Shown one piece after another: positions 11,758 to 23,322 of a stretch of 64,000 nucleotides of DNA. The stretch is taken from assembly GCA_964019335.1 (NCBI GenBank), contig OZ025659.1, positions 620,001 through 684,000 on the forward strand, read 5' to 3'. Numbering within the stretch: position 1 is the first letter of the stretch; each line of letters starts with the position of its first letter. A model generated the notes under the pieces. The model saw only the letters and a program-made list of their open reading frames with translations. It ran no database searches and had not been told where the DNA came from. This stretch comes from Diplonema japonicum. Taxonomy: Eukaryota; Protista; Euglenozoa: Diplonemea. The position numbers and the translations under genes are program-made.

Positions 11758-12843
11758 ATGATGCAGCGTGCTGCTCTACTCGTGCTGGCGGCCTTGGCGG
11801 CTGAGGCCTCGACAGGGGTCCCTATGGAGATCATGGTGAAGAACTGGTGCGGGAGCCCCTTGAAGAACATCGTGTACACTGTAGAAGGGAGGGGGGCGCA
11901 GGTGTGCGGGGCGATGTTCGAGCTGGACGAGGCGAGGAAGACCTGCAGGAGAGGGACGCAGTACGAGTGCTACATCCCGAAGTGCTTCTCGAACGGAGAG
12001 GCGGTACCCTTGAAGGACGGGAAGGCGGTCCCCCCGTGTGACGTGAACCCGGCGGCGATCGACCCGACGGTGCCTGTTCCTCCGAAGACCGGAAACGGGG
12101 CGGGCCTCGTCCCCGACACGACTGTGACAACCAGCTTCGTGGCGAGGGCCCTCACGAACCTCCCGAACAGCCAAGGGCTGAGGGAAGGGTGGCCCGACAT
12201 CCCGAACTCCGCCTTCCTGAACTACCCGCAGTCCCTGGTGAACCGTTTGGGGCAGATCCCCAACGTCTACATCGACAACACCTTCGAGATCCGCTTCGCC
12301 TGCACCTCGGGAGGGGCGGACGACAAGTGCGACCTCTTCGCCTTCATCTACAGGTGCCCTCCCTGCACCTTCTCGAACGGAGGGGACTTCACGACGAAGC
12401 TCCTCGCCGACGGGTGGGAGCCGTACAACTGCGACGTGAAGTTCCAGCTTGACCAGACGGTGCCCACCCACGAGCACTCCACCCTCGTCTACCACAGGCA
12501 GATGGACAAGCACGACATGAGGGAGACGGACAAGTGGTACACCATCAAGGCCGACTCCCTTCTGGAGCTGTCCTGGTTCGCGACGAGCAGGGCGACGGCG
12601 CACTGCAGCGACCACGACGGCGACGAAGCGATGTGCATGACCGACCTTCCCGACGAGTGCCAGTGGGACGCGCAGACGCAGAGCTGCAACCGTGTGCTGT
12701 GCCCGGCAAAGTCGCAGGGTCCCGACCGTGTGCACCTCCCGGGTCCCAATGGAAACCCCAGCAAGCCCAAGGGTCCTTGGGTCCAGAAGTGCAAGGTGTG
12801 CGTCGACGAGGAGCGCGACATGTACATGCCCAATCTGAAGTAG
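11758..12843 (+). CDS. Secreted Cys-rich protein, family member 2
   Basis: Signal-like MMQRAALLVLAALAAEA; same conserved core and C-terminus. Confidence 0.9.
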   Translation: MMQRAALLVLAALAAEASTGVPMEIMVKNWCGSPLKNIVYTVEGRGAQVCGAMFELDEARKTCRRGTQYECYIPKCFSNGEAVPLKDGKAVPPCDVNPAAIDPTVPVPPKTGNGAGLVPDTTVTTSFVARALTNLPNSQGLREGWPDIPNSAFLNYPQSLVNRLGQIPNVYIDNTFEIRFACTSGGADDKCDLFAFIYRCPPCTFSNGGDFTTKLLADGWEPYNCDVKFQLDQTVPTHEHSTLVYHRQMDKHDMRETDKWYTIKADSLLELSWFATSRATAHCSDHDGDEAMCMTDLPDECQWDAQTQSCNRVLCPAKSQGPDRVHLPGPNGNPSKPKGPWVQKCKVCVDEERDMYMPNLK

Positions 12844-13364
12844 GGCTTCCTCAAGACTGGTGGCGTGAGCGAGAAACTGACATAGTATTGTTAACTTTTT
12901 ATTTTTCCATTAGACTCTTAGATATTTCAATTGGCAGGGGTACCACCGACATCTTTTTTTTGGTAACCCACTCCTTTCTTTTTATTGGGGATGCAGGCTT
13001 ATTATTATGATTGCTTCCCGGAACACCTTCCTCGTTGCCAGCGAATGGTGACGACAGAGGGTGAGTAGCCTGCAAGCACACTTTACAAGCACCACCTCTG
13101 AAGTGAGAACGAAGATGCATCTATGTTCTCCCGATCTGTACAGTACTTCATGAAAGCACTGTGTGAAGAGCAAGCGGGTGTTGTAGAAACCTTTTTTCAT
13201 TATTTCCTTTTCTTTGGCACAAAGTAACTTAGCTATCTCTCGTGGCCAAGTTTTTTTTCTTAATTTTTGACTCCCCCTTTCCCACTTTGATAACATCAGC
13301 CCCCTCCCCATTATCTCTGCTTTGGTTTACTTCTTACCACCGCAGATCCTGTACCTTCTTCGAT

Positions 13365-13512
13365 GCACACCTCTCTCCTTTTGAAATACGCGGAAAGGAT
13401 GGATTGTTCAGAAGTTGGTGTTCCTCCCTCTAGTTCTTTCATTTTTAAAACACTCTGTGGACTCAGACGTTTATGGTTGCGGTTCGATTCACTTTTCCTT
13501 TTGTTATTCTAT
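13365..13512 (+). repeat. Upstream block shared with 16705..17035 (co-duplicated 5' flank)
   Basis: GCACACCTCTCTCCTTTTGAAATACGCGGAAAGGATGG..GAAGTTGGTGTTCC and ACTCTGTG..TCAGACGTTTAT..CGGTTCG blocks occur upstream of member 3 and of the pseudogene. Confidence 0.8.
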
Positions 13513-13601
13513 TCCCGCGGTGCCGAATTGAAGAAAACCCTTTTTTCAAAACAGTTCGATAACCACGCAAACTTTTAAAAAAAAAAAAAAAAAGAACAAA
13601 A

Positions 13602-14651
13602 ATGCACGCATTCTTAGCCTTGACGGCCTTCGCAGCGACAGCTGCTGCTGAACATAAGATGTACATCAGTGTGAAAGGTGCATGCCCTGCAACAGAGAAC
13701 GTCTTTGTGAGGGGGTCGCCTGTGAAGGTGTGCGGTGCGACCACTAAACTGGACGCGACCAAGAAGACATGCTACAAGCAGTTCGAGCAAAAAGAGGAGT
13801 GCTTCATCCCAGCATGCTACGAAGGGAAGATCCCCCCTTCGAACATGAAGGAGTGCCAGGCGAGTGCCAACGCTGTTGACGTGAACGACATGGGTGTGGA
13901 CGTGAGGGCTGCCGCCCTTGCCCCCACGAGCTTCAGGGACAGCTTTCTCGCAGCCTTCCTCACCAACGATGTGAACTCCAACGGTCTGAGGTGGGGGTGG
14001 CCCGACATCCCGAACTCCGCGTTCCTGAACATCCCCGACTCGCTGGTGGGGCGTTTGGGACAGATCCCCAACGTGTACGTAGGTGGGGGGTTCAAGATCA
14101 CCTTCGACTGCACCATTGCTGGTGAGGGCGACATGTGTGACATCTTCGCCTTCATTTACAGGTGCCCGCCATGCACCTTCGCAAACGGGGGGACTCAGGA
14201 CGGCGGAAGCTTCGTGCTTGACCTCCTCGCCGACGGGTGGGAGCCGTACAACTGCGACGTGCAGTTCCAGCTGGACCAGACGGTTCCTACCCACAAGCAC
14301 GACACCATTGTGTACCACAAGCAGATCCCGAAGCACGGGGTGAGGGAGACCGGGTACACCATCGCCCCTCAGGGTATTTTGGAGCTTGCTTGGTTCGCGA
14401 CGAGCGAGGCGACGGCGCACTGCAAGGACTACAACGAGGCCCAGTGCAACACGATCCTCCCCGACGAGTGCAAGTGGGACATGGAGGCGCAGACCTGCAA
14501 CCGTGTGCTGTGCCCTGTGAGGTCGCAGGGCCCCGACCGCGTGCACCTCCCGGGTCCTGGTGGACCCCACAAGCCCAAGGGTCCTTGGGTCCAGAAGTGC
14601 AAGGTGTGCGTCGACGAGGAGCGCGACATGTACATGCCCAAGCTGATTTAA
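13602..14651 (+). CDS. Secreted Cys-rich protein, family member 3
   Basis: Signal-like MHAFLALTAFAATAAA; conserved core. Confidence 0.9.
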   Translation: MHAFLALTAFAATAAAEHKMYISVKGACPATENVFVRGSPVKVCGATTKLDATKKTCYKQFEQKEECFIPACYEGKIPPSNMKECQASANAVDVNDMGVDVRAAALAPTSFRDSFLAAFLTNDVNSNGLRWGWPDIPNSAFLNIPDSLVGRLGQIPNVYVGGGFKITFDCTIAGEGDMCDIFAFIYRCPPCTFANGGTQDGGSFVLDLLADGWEPYNCDVQFQLDQTVPTHKHDTIVYHKQIPKHGVRETGYTIAPQGILELAWFATSEATAHCKDYNEAQCNTILPDECKWDMEAQTCNRVLCPVRSQGPDRVHLPGPGGPHKPKGPWVQKCKVCVDEERDMYMPKLI

Positions 14652-15043
14652 GTTCGTTCGGTTGGGTTGGGGAAGATTCCCCTTCCACCCTTATTTCCCT
14701 CTTCATCCTTTCCCCACCCTTGAGTACCGGAGAATAATCAACAACAACAAAAACAAAAACAAAAAATGAAAAGGCTGTAATGTACCAACCCATCCCGCCA
14801 AGCTAACACCTTTGAGACACTGGCTCCCAAAAGAAATATCAGAAAATAGAAAAGAAATGACGCTTCTGTCGAACCCCTCCAGATATCCGATTATTAAAAA
14901 ACAAAAAAAATAAAAGAAAAAAAAAAGAAAGACGAAAAGAAAACGAGAAGAAAAAGAAAACTGGTTTAAAATGATGAGCGTATTATCAGTACTGCTTTTT
15001 AATTTTTAAGGTTTTTTATATGTTTTTTTTGTTTTTTTTCCAA

Positions 15044-15084
15044 TCGTTGCACGCTTAACGCCACCTAGTGTTGCAATCAAAGCC

Positions 15085-15087
<3 letters not shown>
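15044..15087 (+). repeat. 44-bp hairpin motif
   Basis: TCGTTGCACGCTTAACGCCACCTAGTGTTGCAATCAAAGCCCCA, identical to 36358..36401; followed by a long T-tract. Confidence 0.9.
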
Positions 15088-15120
<33 letters not shown>

Positions 15121-15380
15121 CACGGTTTCTGGAGGTTAATCTTTATGGGAGAGCGGTCCAACCTTCGGTGTCTTGCACTTGCTGGGGTTCTGGGTACTCC
15201 AGGTATTCGGGGTTTCCCCTTTAGGTTCACACCTTTTCCCCCCCATTTTTTTTCTGCGACTCGCTTTTCTTTGTGTTCCCTCCTTGGCTTTTTTTAATTA
15301 AAAGTTAGCTTTTTCTGCTAGCTACCTTAAAAAAAGTATTCAAGAAATTTTTTATTTACGAAGAAAATATTGCTCAATAA

Positions 15381-15413
<33 letters not shown>

Positions 15414-16704
15414 GAGGAAGGGATGGAAGAGAAAAGAAATAAAAGAAAAAAAAAATAAAAGGAAAGCGTATGCATAGCGATATTTCGTATTACGCAATAT
15501 TGTTGAAACTTTAAAAAAAAAAACTAAACAAGTTAATGGGCAGTGGAATGAGTAATTTTCTTAGGGTAGAATATAGCTTATGAAACGCCGCAGAGGCTAG
15601 TATTTTTTTTTCCTCCGCTTTTCTGCTCTTTTCTCTCTCTTTTTCAAATTTTGTCAACCTTCCCGTCTATATACAGATTCTACAGCCTCTTTTTTTTTTT
15701 TTTTTATATTTATATAGTTTTTTTTTTCTTTTTGTGCAACATTCATTTTATTTTATATTTTTTTTCAATCTCACTTTATTACATCTTCCACCCTTTTGCG
15801 AGAAGAAATGAAGATCGGGTGGGGAGCGACATAATTTTTGATCCTTTGCTACAGACTTCTCCCCCCCCTTTTTCTCTATGCGCCACCCTTTCGGGCCTTT
15901 ATTTTTCTTCCCCCCCCATCTTTTTTTAATTTTCTTTTCCGAAAAGAAAAACAGGGTAAAAAAAAAAGAAAGAGGGGGAAAAGAATAGAGATGAGAAATT
16001 CCAACAAAAAAAACTTCTTTTTTTATTGTAGAGCGCTGCCAACACCGGCCTCCTTTAACTCTTATATTTATTATTATTATAGCTTAACTGAACAGGGAAA
16101 CTCTTTTCTTTTTCGTGTTATTTCACTCTTTTTCTCTCCCATAGGGCGGCCCTCTAGCGGGGGGCTTGTCCTGTACTTTGAGTTTTCTTTTTTTTTCATT
16201 TTTTTTTTCACCTCCACCTGCCTCGGTCCTTCCGCCTTTATTATTAATTTAAAGGCCTAGATAGCAATTCTGGGAACCGAAAACCTTCCTACTTCTCTTT
16301 TCATTTAGCTCTTTCCCTTTTTTTTTTTTTTTTTTTTTTTTCCTATTACTGTAAAATGAAAGTATCCTATTTGGGACCTCCTTCTGCTGGAAGAATATAT
16401 CGTTAAACTGTCAAAGAGAAAATATATGCCCAGGTGGCTGCTGTGGTAGCCACATCTGACAAGCACTTCCGCTGACTTAAAGGAGATTTTTTTTTTTTTG
16501 GTTTACAGTATTCTAAAAAAAAAAAGTACCCCTTATAATACTTATTGCCTTAATGGGTAGGGGGTTTCCCCCCCTTTTTTTTCGTTTTCCCCCCCTCCCC
16601 TTCCTCTCTCGTCTTTTTTCTTCCCCCCCCCCCCCCGCAGATCGAGAAAAATAGTGAGGGGAAAAAAAAAAAGAAACACCGCTTTGTCAGCACTTCTCTC
16701 CTTT

Positions 16705-17035
16705 GCACACCTCTCTCCTTTTGAAATACGCGGAAAGGATGGGTTGTTCGGAAGTTGGTGTTCCTCTCTGTTTTTTCTTTTTTTCCCCCCTGCAACGAGC
16801 CTTCGACTTGTCTAAACAAAAGGGGAACGTTGGCAACGTGTTTCGGGTTTTACAAACTTCTCCAGGTTTTACCCGGCACGTACAAACAACGGCCAGTTCC
16901 TCTTTCTTCTTTTAAGGGTGGACCCTTAAACAAACATCGCTTTTTTTTTTTTCTCTTCCATTTTTATAACACTCTGTGAGATCAGACGTTTATTCCTCCG
17001 GTTCGCTTCATTTCCTTTTGTTTTCCTATTCCTAT
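16705..17035 (+). repeat. Duplicated 5' flank containing an extra ~100-bp dispersed hairpin repeat (16805..16902)
   Basis: Outer blocks match 13365..13512; the inner block matches 30630..30725 and, partly, 55564..55610. Confidence 0.75.
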
Positions 17036-17169
17036 TCTATAGTGCTGCTCATGCACTCAGGTTACACGAGAATTGAGGAGAAAAGGAAGAAGAAAAATAA
17101 AAAAGAGAGACCATGACAAAATGAGGACGTCGCCTCCTGTTGTGCTGTTTGGCTGGTTGAGCACATTGT

Positions 17170-17765
17170 TGCTGCAGCGGGATCGCCCCTGCTGTTCATG
17201 AACGTGGAGGAGGAATGCAACGAGAGCACCTGCTGGGGGGAGAAGGTTCAGGGACACTCTGGTGCAGTGCTACATCCCCGCGTGCTTCAAGGGGACGGCG
17301 CCACCAGCAGGGGTGAAGGAGGCGTGTGCGGTGTCGATGCTCGCACGGGCACAGCAGAACCAGAGGGAACGGGGTCGGGTCAGCAGCAGCTGTCCCTCCA
17401 ACAACAGTGAAGGACAGCTTCTCTGTTCAGGGCCTCACGAACCCAACCAGGGGAAGCGGGATGGGGTGGCCCGATATCCCGAACTCTGCGTTCCTGAACT
17501 ACATGGACTGCACGCAGGGGGGGGATGGGGACAAGAGGCGCCCTCCCTGCACCTTCTCGAACGGGAAGAACTTCGTGGGGGAACTCCTCGCCGACGGGAG
17601 CCGTACACCTGCGACGTGAGGTTCCAGCTTGACCACCGAAGGGGACGCACCAACACCCCACCCTCGTCTACCACAAGCAGATTCCCGAGAAGACCCTGTA
17701 CACGATCTCCCCGAAGGCTCTGCTGGAGCTCTCCTGGTACGCCGACGGCCCACTGCAGCAGCTGT
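17170..17765 (+). pseudogene. Degenerate Cys-rich family member 4
   Basis: QCYIPACF, GWPDIPNSAFLNY, PPCTFSNG..ELLADG, EPYTCDVRFQLD and AHCS fragments lie in different frames with deletions; no intact C-terminus. Boundaries are approximate. Confidence 0.85.
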
Positions 17766-17980
17766 GCTGCTCCTGTTTTTTGTCCCTAGGTTTATCTTCA
17801 TTCTCTGCCTTCCTTTGCTGTACAAGCTTTGTGCCCCTGTGATTATTAAAAGGAATAATAAATCTAACCTAAGTTATCGAGTTTCTTCCTTATTTGCCAA
17901 AGTAGCTTTTTTGTTATCGATGTAAAACCACCACCCACCCCACAAAACAGTTTTCATACTAACTTCACATCTAACGTAAG

Positions 17981-19021
17981 ATGCTCTTCATGATGGCACT
18001 CGCAGCAACGATCTCCGTTGCAGACCACAAGATGTACATGAACGTGAAGGGGGCATGCCCCGCAAGGGAGAACGTCTTTGTGAAGGGGTCGCCTGTGAAG
18101 GTGTGCGGTGCGACCAACACACTCGATGAGACTAAGAAGACGTGTTGGAAATCGTTCGGAAGCACCAAAGCGGAGTGCTTCATCCCAGCATGCTATGACG
18201 GGAAGACCCCCCCTTCGAACATGAAGGAGTGCCAGGCGAGTGCCAACGCTGTTGACGTGAACGACATGGGTGTGGACGTGAGGGCTGCCGCCCTTGCCCC
18301 CACGAGCTTCAGGGACAGCTTTCTCGCAGCCTTCCTCACCAACGATGTGAACTCCAACGGTCTGAGGTGGGGGTGGCCCGACATCCCGAACTCCGCGTTC
18401 CTGAACATCCCCGACTCGCTGGTGGGGCGTTTGGGACAGATCCCCAACGTGTACGTAGGTGGGGGGTTCAAGATCACCTTCGACTGCACCATTGCTGGTG
18501 AGGGCGACATGTGTGACATCTTCGCCTTCATTTACAGGTGCCCGCCATGCACCTTCTCTGACGGTGGTGGCTTTGTTTTGGAGCTCCTCGCCGACGGGTG
18601 GGAGCCGTACTCCTGCGACGTGCAGTTCCAGCTGGACCAGACGGTTCCAACCCACAAGCACGACACCATTGTGTACCACAAGCAGATCCCGAAGCACGGG
18701 GTGAGGGAGACCGGGTACACCATCGCCCCTGCTGAGGTTTTGGAGCTTGCTTGGTTCGCGACGAGCGAGGCGACGGCGCACTGCAGCGACTATGACAAGG
18801 ACCAGTGCGCTACTGAACTCCCGGATGAATGCAAATGGGACGCAGAGATTCAGGAATGCACTCGTATTTTGTGCCCACCTAAGTCGCAGGGTCCCGACCG
18901 TGTGCACCGCCCAGGTCCTGGGGGTCACTTCACCGAGCCCAAGGGTCCTTGGGTCCAGAAGTGCAAGGTGTGCGTCGACGACGAGCGCGACATGTACATG
19001 CCCCCTATGCCGATTTCCTAG
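17981..19021 (+). CDS. Secreted Cys-rich protein, family member 5
   Basis: Signal-like MLFMMALAATISVA; 349 bp identical to member 3. Confidence 0.9.
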   Translation: MLFMMALAATISVADHKMYMNVKGACPARENVFVKGSPVKVCGATNTLDETKKTCWKSFGSTKAECFIPACYDGKTPPSNMKECQASANAVDVNDMGVDVRAAALAPTSFRDSFLAAFLTNDVNSNGLRWGWPDIPNSAFLNIPDSLVGRLGQIPNVYVGGGFKITFDCTIAGEGDMCDIFAFIYRCPPCTFSDGGGFVLELLADGWEPYSCDVQFQLDQTVPTHKHDTIVYHKQIPKHGVRETGYTIAPAEVLELAWFATSEATAHCSDYDKDQCATELPDECKWDAEIQECTRILCPPKSQGPDRVHRPGPGGHFTEPKGPWVQKCKVCVDDERDMYMPPMPIS

Positions 19022-19683
19022 GTGAGGGGTGCAGAAGAATTTTGTCAATTTATATCATTTCATGAGAAAGAAAACGAAAGAAAAAATGAAAAAAAGGGCT
19101 CACTCTCCCCATTTTCTCTCTTTTTCTTTTTTTTTTTTTTGTATTTTTTTTTCTTCTTTTTTTTTCCCCTTTTAGAAAAGCTCTCCCTCCTAGATTGTTT
19201 TCTCTTTTTTTTTCCCTTCCTCTCCACTGTTTTTTTTTTCTTTTGAAGTGTGTAAAACGACACATTTTAGAGGTGGAACATGGGGAGGGGGGAAAGAGAA
19301 AGGAAATTAGCAACAGATCAATTAACAAGAAGGGGAAAGAGAGAAAAAAAAACACAAAGGAAAATGTAGAAAAAAAAGAAAAAGGAGAAATGTAACGGGG
19401 TGGAAACAGGCCCTACTCTCAAAAATATATCCAAGCAAAGAAAAGAAGAAAAAAAAAAAGAAGAATAAAGCGAGATGTTTCTGAAAAGATCTTTTTTCGC
19501 CTTACTTTTTTTTTTTTTAAAGTAATTCCACGATAGCAGTGGTTTTGCTGTAGAGCACTATCGCACCCTTCCCTTCCCTTCCCTTCCCTTGTTTTTTTTT
19601 TATTATTATTTTTTTTTATTGGTCACACGCTGTAGAACAGTAGGAACTACGAGGAAGGATGCCTCTCCTTATTCCTATGCCGG

Positions 19684-19715
<32 letters not shown>

Positions 19716-20803
19716 TTGTCAATATTTTTAAATTAAATTTTTAGTCAGTGGCAACCAAAGAGCCAGACATTATACTTCATATTTTCTTGTTATTACTTTT
19801 CTATATTTTCTTCGGAAAAATCTAACTTTTTTCTTCTTCTTTTCATATTATTTGCTTCAAGGCGGCTTGCGTTAAAATCTTTTTCCGTTTTTTTTTTTCC
19901 CGCTCGACCCTATAGGATATCTCCCTCCCTCTTTTTTTTTCCTTTTTTTTCTCACTTCCTCTCCCTTTTTTTTTCTCCCTTTTTTTTTTTTCCCTTTTTT
20001 TTGTGTGTGTTTCTCCCGTGCTCCTCTGGCTGTTGTGTTTGATACTCCACCCCACAAGATGATTGATGAACTTACAACGAAAAAAAAAGAAAAAGAAAAA
20101 GAAAAAAAAACTCCCCTGAAAAATAAAAAAAAACAAAACGCCTATCTATCATATTTTTATTTCTGTTGAAGCACGCCAATGATTAATTAATTCGGTGCTT
20201 GGATGGGTAGGGGGAGGTAAGTACTATCGTTTTGTATGTGGATGGGTCACTGATCCTTTCTTCATTTCTTTTTTTTCCTCTTCTTCTTTCTCCGCAACAT
20301 TTAGCCTAAGATTGAATTTCTGGAGGGGACTTTCTGGTGGGTTACGAAACAACACATTTTAAAATTCATTTTCTTTCTTTCTTTTTTTTCTTCTCTTCTC
20401 CTCTTTCTTTTCTTTTGGCAAAACTCCACACCCCTCCGGCACACAATGCAAACCGCATAGTGACGAGGACCACGTGTGACCCCCCCGTCCACTAGTGTGT
20501 CCTAAAGGAACACACTACATATAAATATGGAGTAAGGTACTCTTGACACAGGGCCTACCTAACGCTAAAATTAATTAAATTTGAAAAAAAAAAAGAAAAA
20601 AGAATGGACGGACACCACATTTCTTTTTGCAAAGCGAACAACTCCCTCGAAGTGGAATGTCCACGCTTTTCTTTTTTTTTCCTTCTTCTTTTTTTCTTTT
20701 TTCTTTTCTTTTTCAATTCCCCTTCTCATCACACACACAAAAAAAAGAAAGGGGAAACACATAAAAAAAAAAAAAAAGAAACACACAATAAAAAAAAGAT
20801 GCG

Positions 20804-23287
20804 ATGTCGCACAAGCACGCGAGAGATGAGGCAAGGCGAAGGGCGGACCGGAAAAGCATTTCAGGAATAGGCGACCTCGGGCACACTACAAGAAAGCTTA
20901 TAAGCAAGGCAAAATACAGCATTTCAGACCCGGTCCTGAACGGGATCAGAAAAAGCGCCACGGCGACCGCCTCGGCAATGGCCGACGCCGTGCACCTGCC
21001 CGGTTTAGGGAGGAGCTTCACAAGATCCCACCTCCACCCCACCTTCGAGGACGCAGTGGAAAAAGATGGTGTCTTTGAAAACGATGCGGTAGATGCGAGC
21101 TGGGGATGGTCATGGCTGATACACCCTACACCTTTACCATTCGTCAAGGCTGCAGGACAGGTCTGGGAACATCAAAACAAGTACTACCTTGTCGTCACCG
21201 CACGGTCAACAGCAGACAGAGACAAACTAGGCGTTTACATCATGGACTGTGCCAGCGCACAATGGCAGGCTTTAAACCTCAAGAACGCACCCCCCGTCCG
21301 GTTCGGGCACACCATGGTTATCGCGACAGATGCGCTCATCGTGTTTGGAGGGTGGGGGCGTGATGAGGTGTTCTGCGAGACATATTTCGTCGACCTCGTG
21401 CAGGCGGCGTCCAACCAAAAGAAATGCAGATGGACGCAACCGAATTTCGGTTCAGCTCTGACGTGCCCGAAACGTGCTTTTCACAGCGCGTCGCTGCTCA
21501 ATGACGAGACGGTTATCGTGTTCGGCGGTGCCGTGTTTGATTTCTGGCAGTCATACACTTACTACAACGACCTGTGGAAGCTTGACCTTATTCATTTTAG
21601 ATGGGAAAAGATAACCTGTACGGGATCTGTACCGGCACCCCGTGCGCAGCACACAGCGTGTCTTTTGGAACGCGAGAACGGGATCAAGGATATTGTAGTG
21701 TTCGGCGGGGCGACCGGGCACTGGATCATGAACGATTTCTTCCTTCTCGACACGCAGAAGATGTTCTGGACGCAGATCATCACCTCGAACTTCCCTTTCG
21801 AGCGTGTCCCGTCGCCGCAAAAGGAATATAAAACACCTTGTGCACATCGCCCTGCATGCGTGTTTGAAAACGGTATTTACATTTACGGCGGGGGGCCTGT
21901 GTCGGGTGATCGGATCCATCGTTTGTACGCAGCGCATTTAATGGAAATGAACGACGGTGGGTTTGAGCTTCGATGGGACGAGCTGCTTCTTCGGTACCAT
22001 CCGAAACGGTTCTACCACACGTTGATGTGCACGCCGGAAGGGGGTTTGTTCCTATGCGGTGGGACGGACCCGTCTGTGGAGGACAAGGCAGGAAGCAAAA
22101 GCTACTCAACTGTCTTTTGGCTGGACCTCAACAGGTTCCGATCGTCAGTGGAGCTTGTCGACAACGAAGACCACGACACCGAGCCCCACGACACGGCCGT
22201 GCCCCGCGAACACGAAGCCGCGGTTGACAACGCTGTTGACCCAGCGGACACGTTTAAAACCGACCTCGCCTTCACCATGTCCGATCCCTTCGGTGGCGAT
22301 ATTGTCGAGAAAAGATCGGAAGAGGTCGAAAGCAGCAGGCATCTAAAAGAAAAACCAACCCGAAAACGCACAAAAGACCGCGAGAAACAGCGAAAAAACT
22401 CCATATCCGACTCCATAGAACACATCCCAGTCCACACCTCAAAAATGATAGGGAAAGGAACGTTCGGAAGGGTGTACCAAGGACTGCACCCTGCAACGGG
22501 GGAATTCGTTGCAGTAAAACAGATCAAATCGCAAGGCGTGTCCATCAAAGACAGGGACAAGATAAAATTCGAGATCAACCTCCTGAAGGATCTTGAACAC
22601 GAGAACATCGTGAAATACCTGGGCTCCTACGTAAAGGACGGCAGGGTGAACATCGTGATGGAGTACGTAAGCGGTGGGTCTCTATTGGGTCTCATATCCC
22701 AGTACAAAGAAGGCCTTCCCGAGGTTGTCGTTCAGCGGTACGTCAGGCAGATCGTATCGGGCGTGATATACCTCCACTCAGGACAATTGTTACACAGAGA
22801 CATCAAGCCTGCTAACATACTGGTAGACGCGACAGGGGTTTGTAAGGTAGCTGATTTCGGTGCTTCGAAACATTTGACCACCGCGACCATAGCCTTTCAA
22901 ACGCTGAAGACGAAGACAGAAGTCACCGGCACACCGCTATACATGGCACCGGAGATGATATCAGGCAGTGTTACTAATGAGTTTAGATCGGATGTTTGGT
23001 CGTTGGGCTGCACGGTGAGCGAGATGCTTGACGGGAACCGGCCGTGGTACCACATGGCACACTTGGAGGCGATTCCTTTGTGTATGTATATCGCGTCGGA
23101 AAACTCGGTTCCTCGCTACCCGAAGAAGTGCGGGGAAAAGGCGCGAAAATTTTTGGAAAGATGCTACCAATCTGTTAAGCTCCGTGCCACGTCGGAGGAG
23201 CTCCTCACATTACCTTTTCTTAACGGGACCGAGGAGAAGCAACCCTCCCCACAGCGGCAGCAGCAGCCTCAACAACAACGGCCATCT

Positions 23288-23322
<35 letters not shown>

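Noticed and set aside
8091-19048. Long minus-strand ORFs (8091..9194, 11776..12735, 13614..14570, 17954..19048; also 46445..47227)
   Set aside because: They are antisense shadows of GC3-rich + strand genes, with no recognisable motifs.
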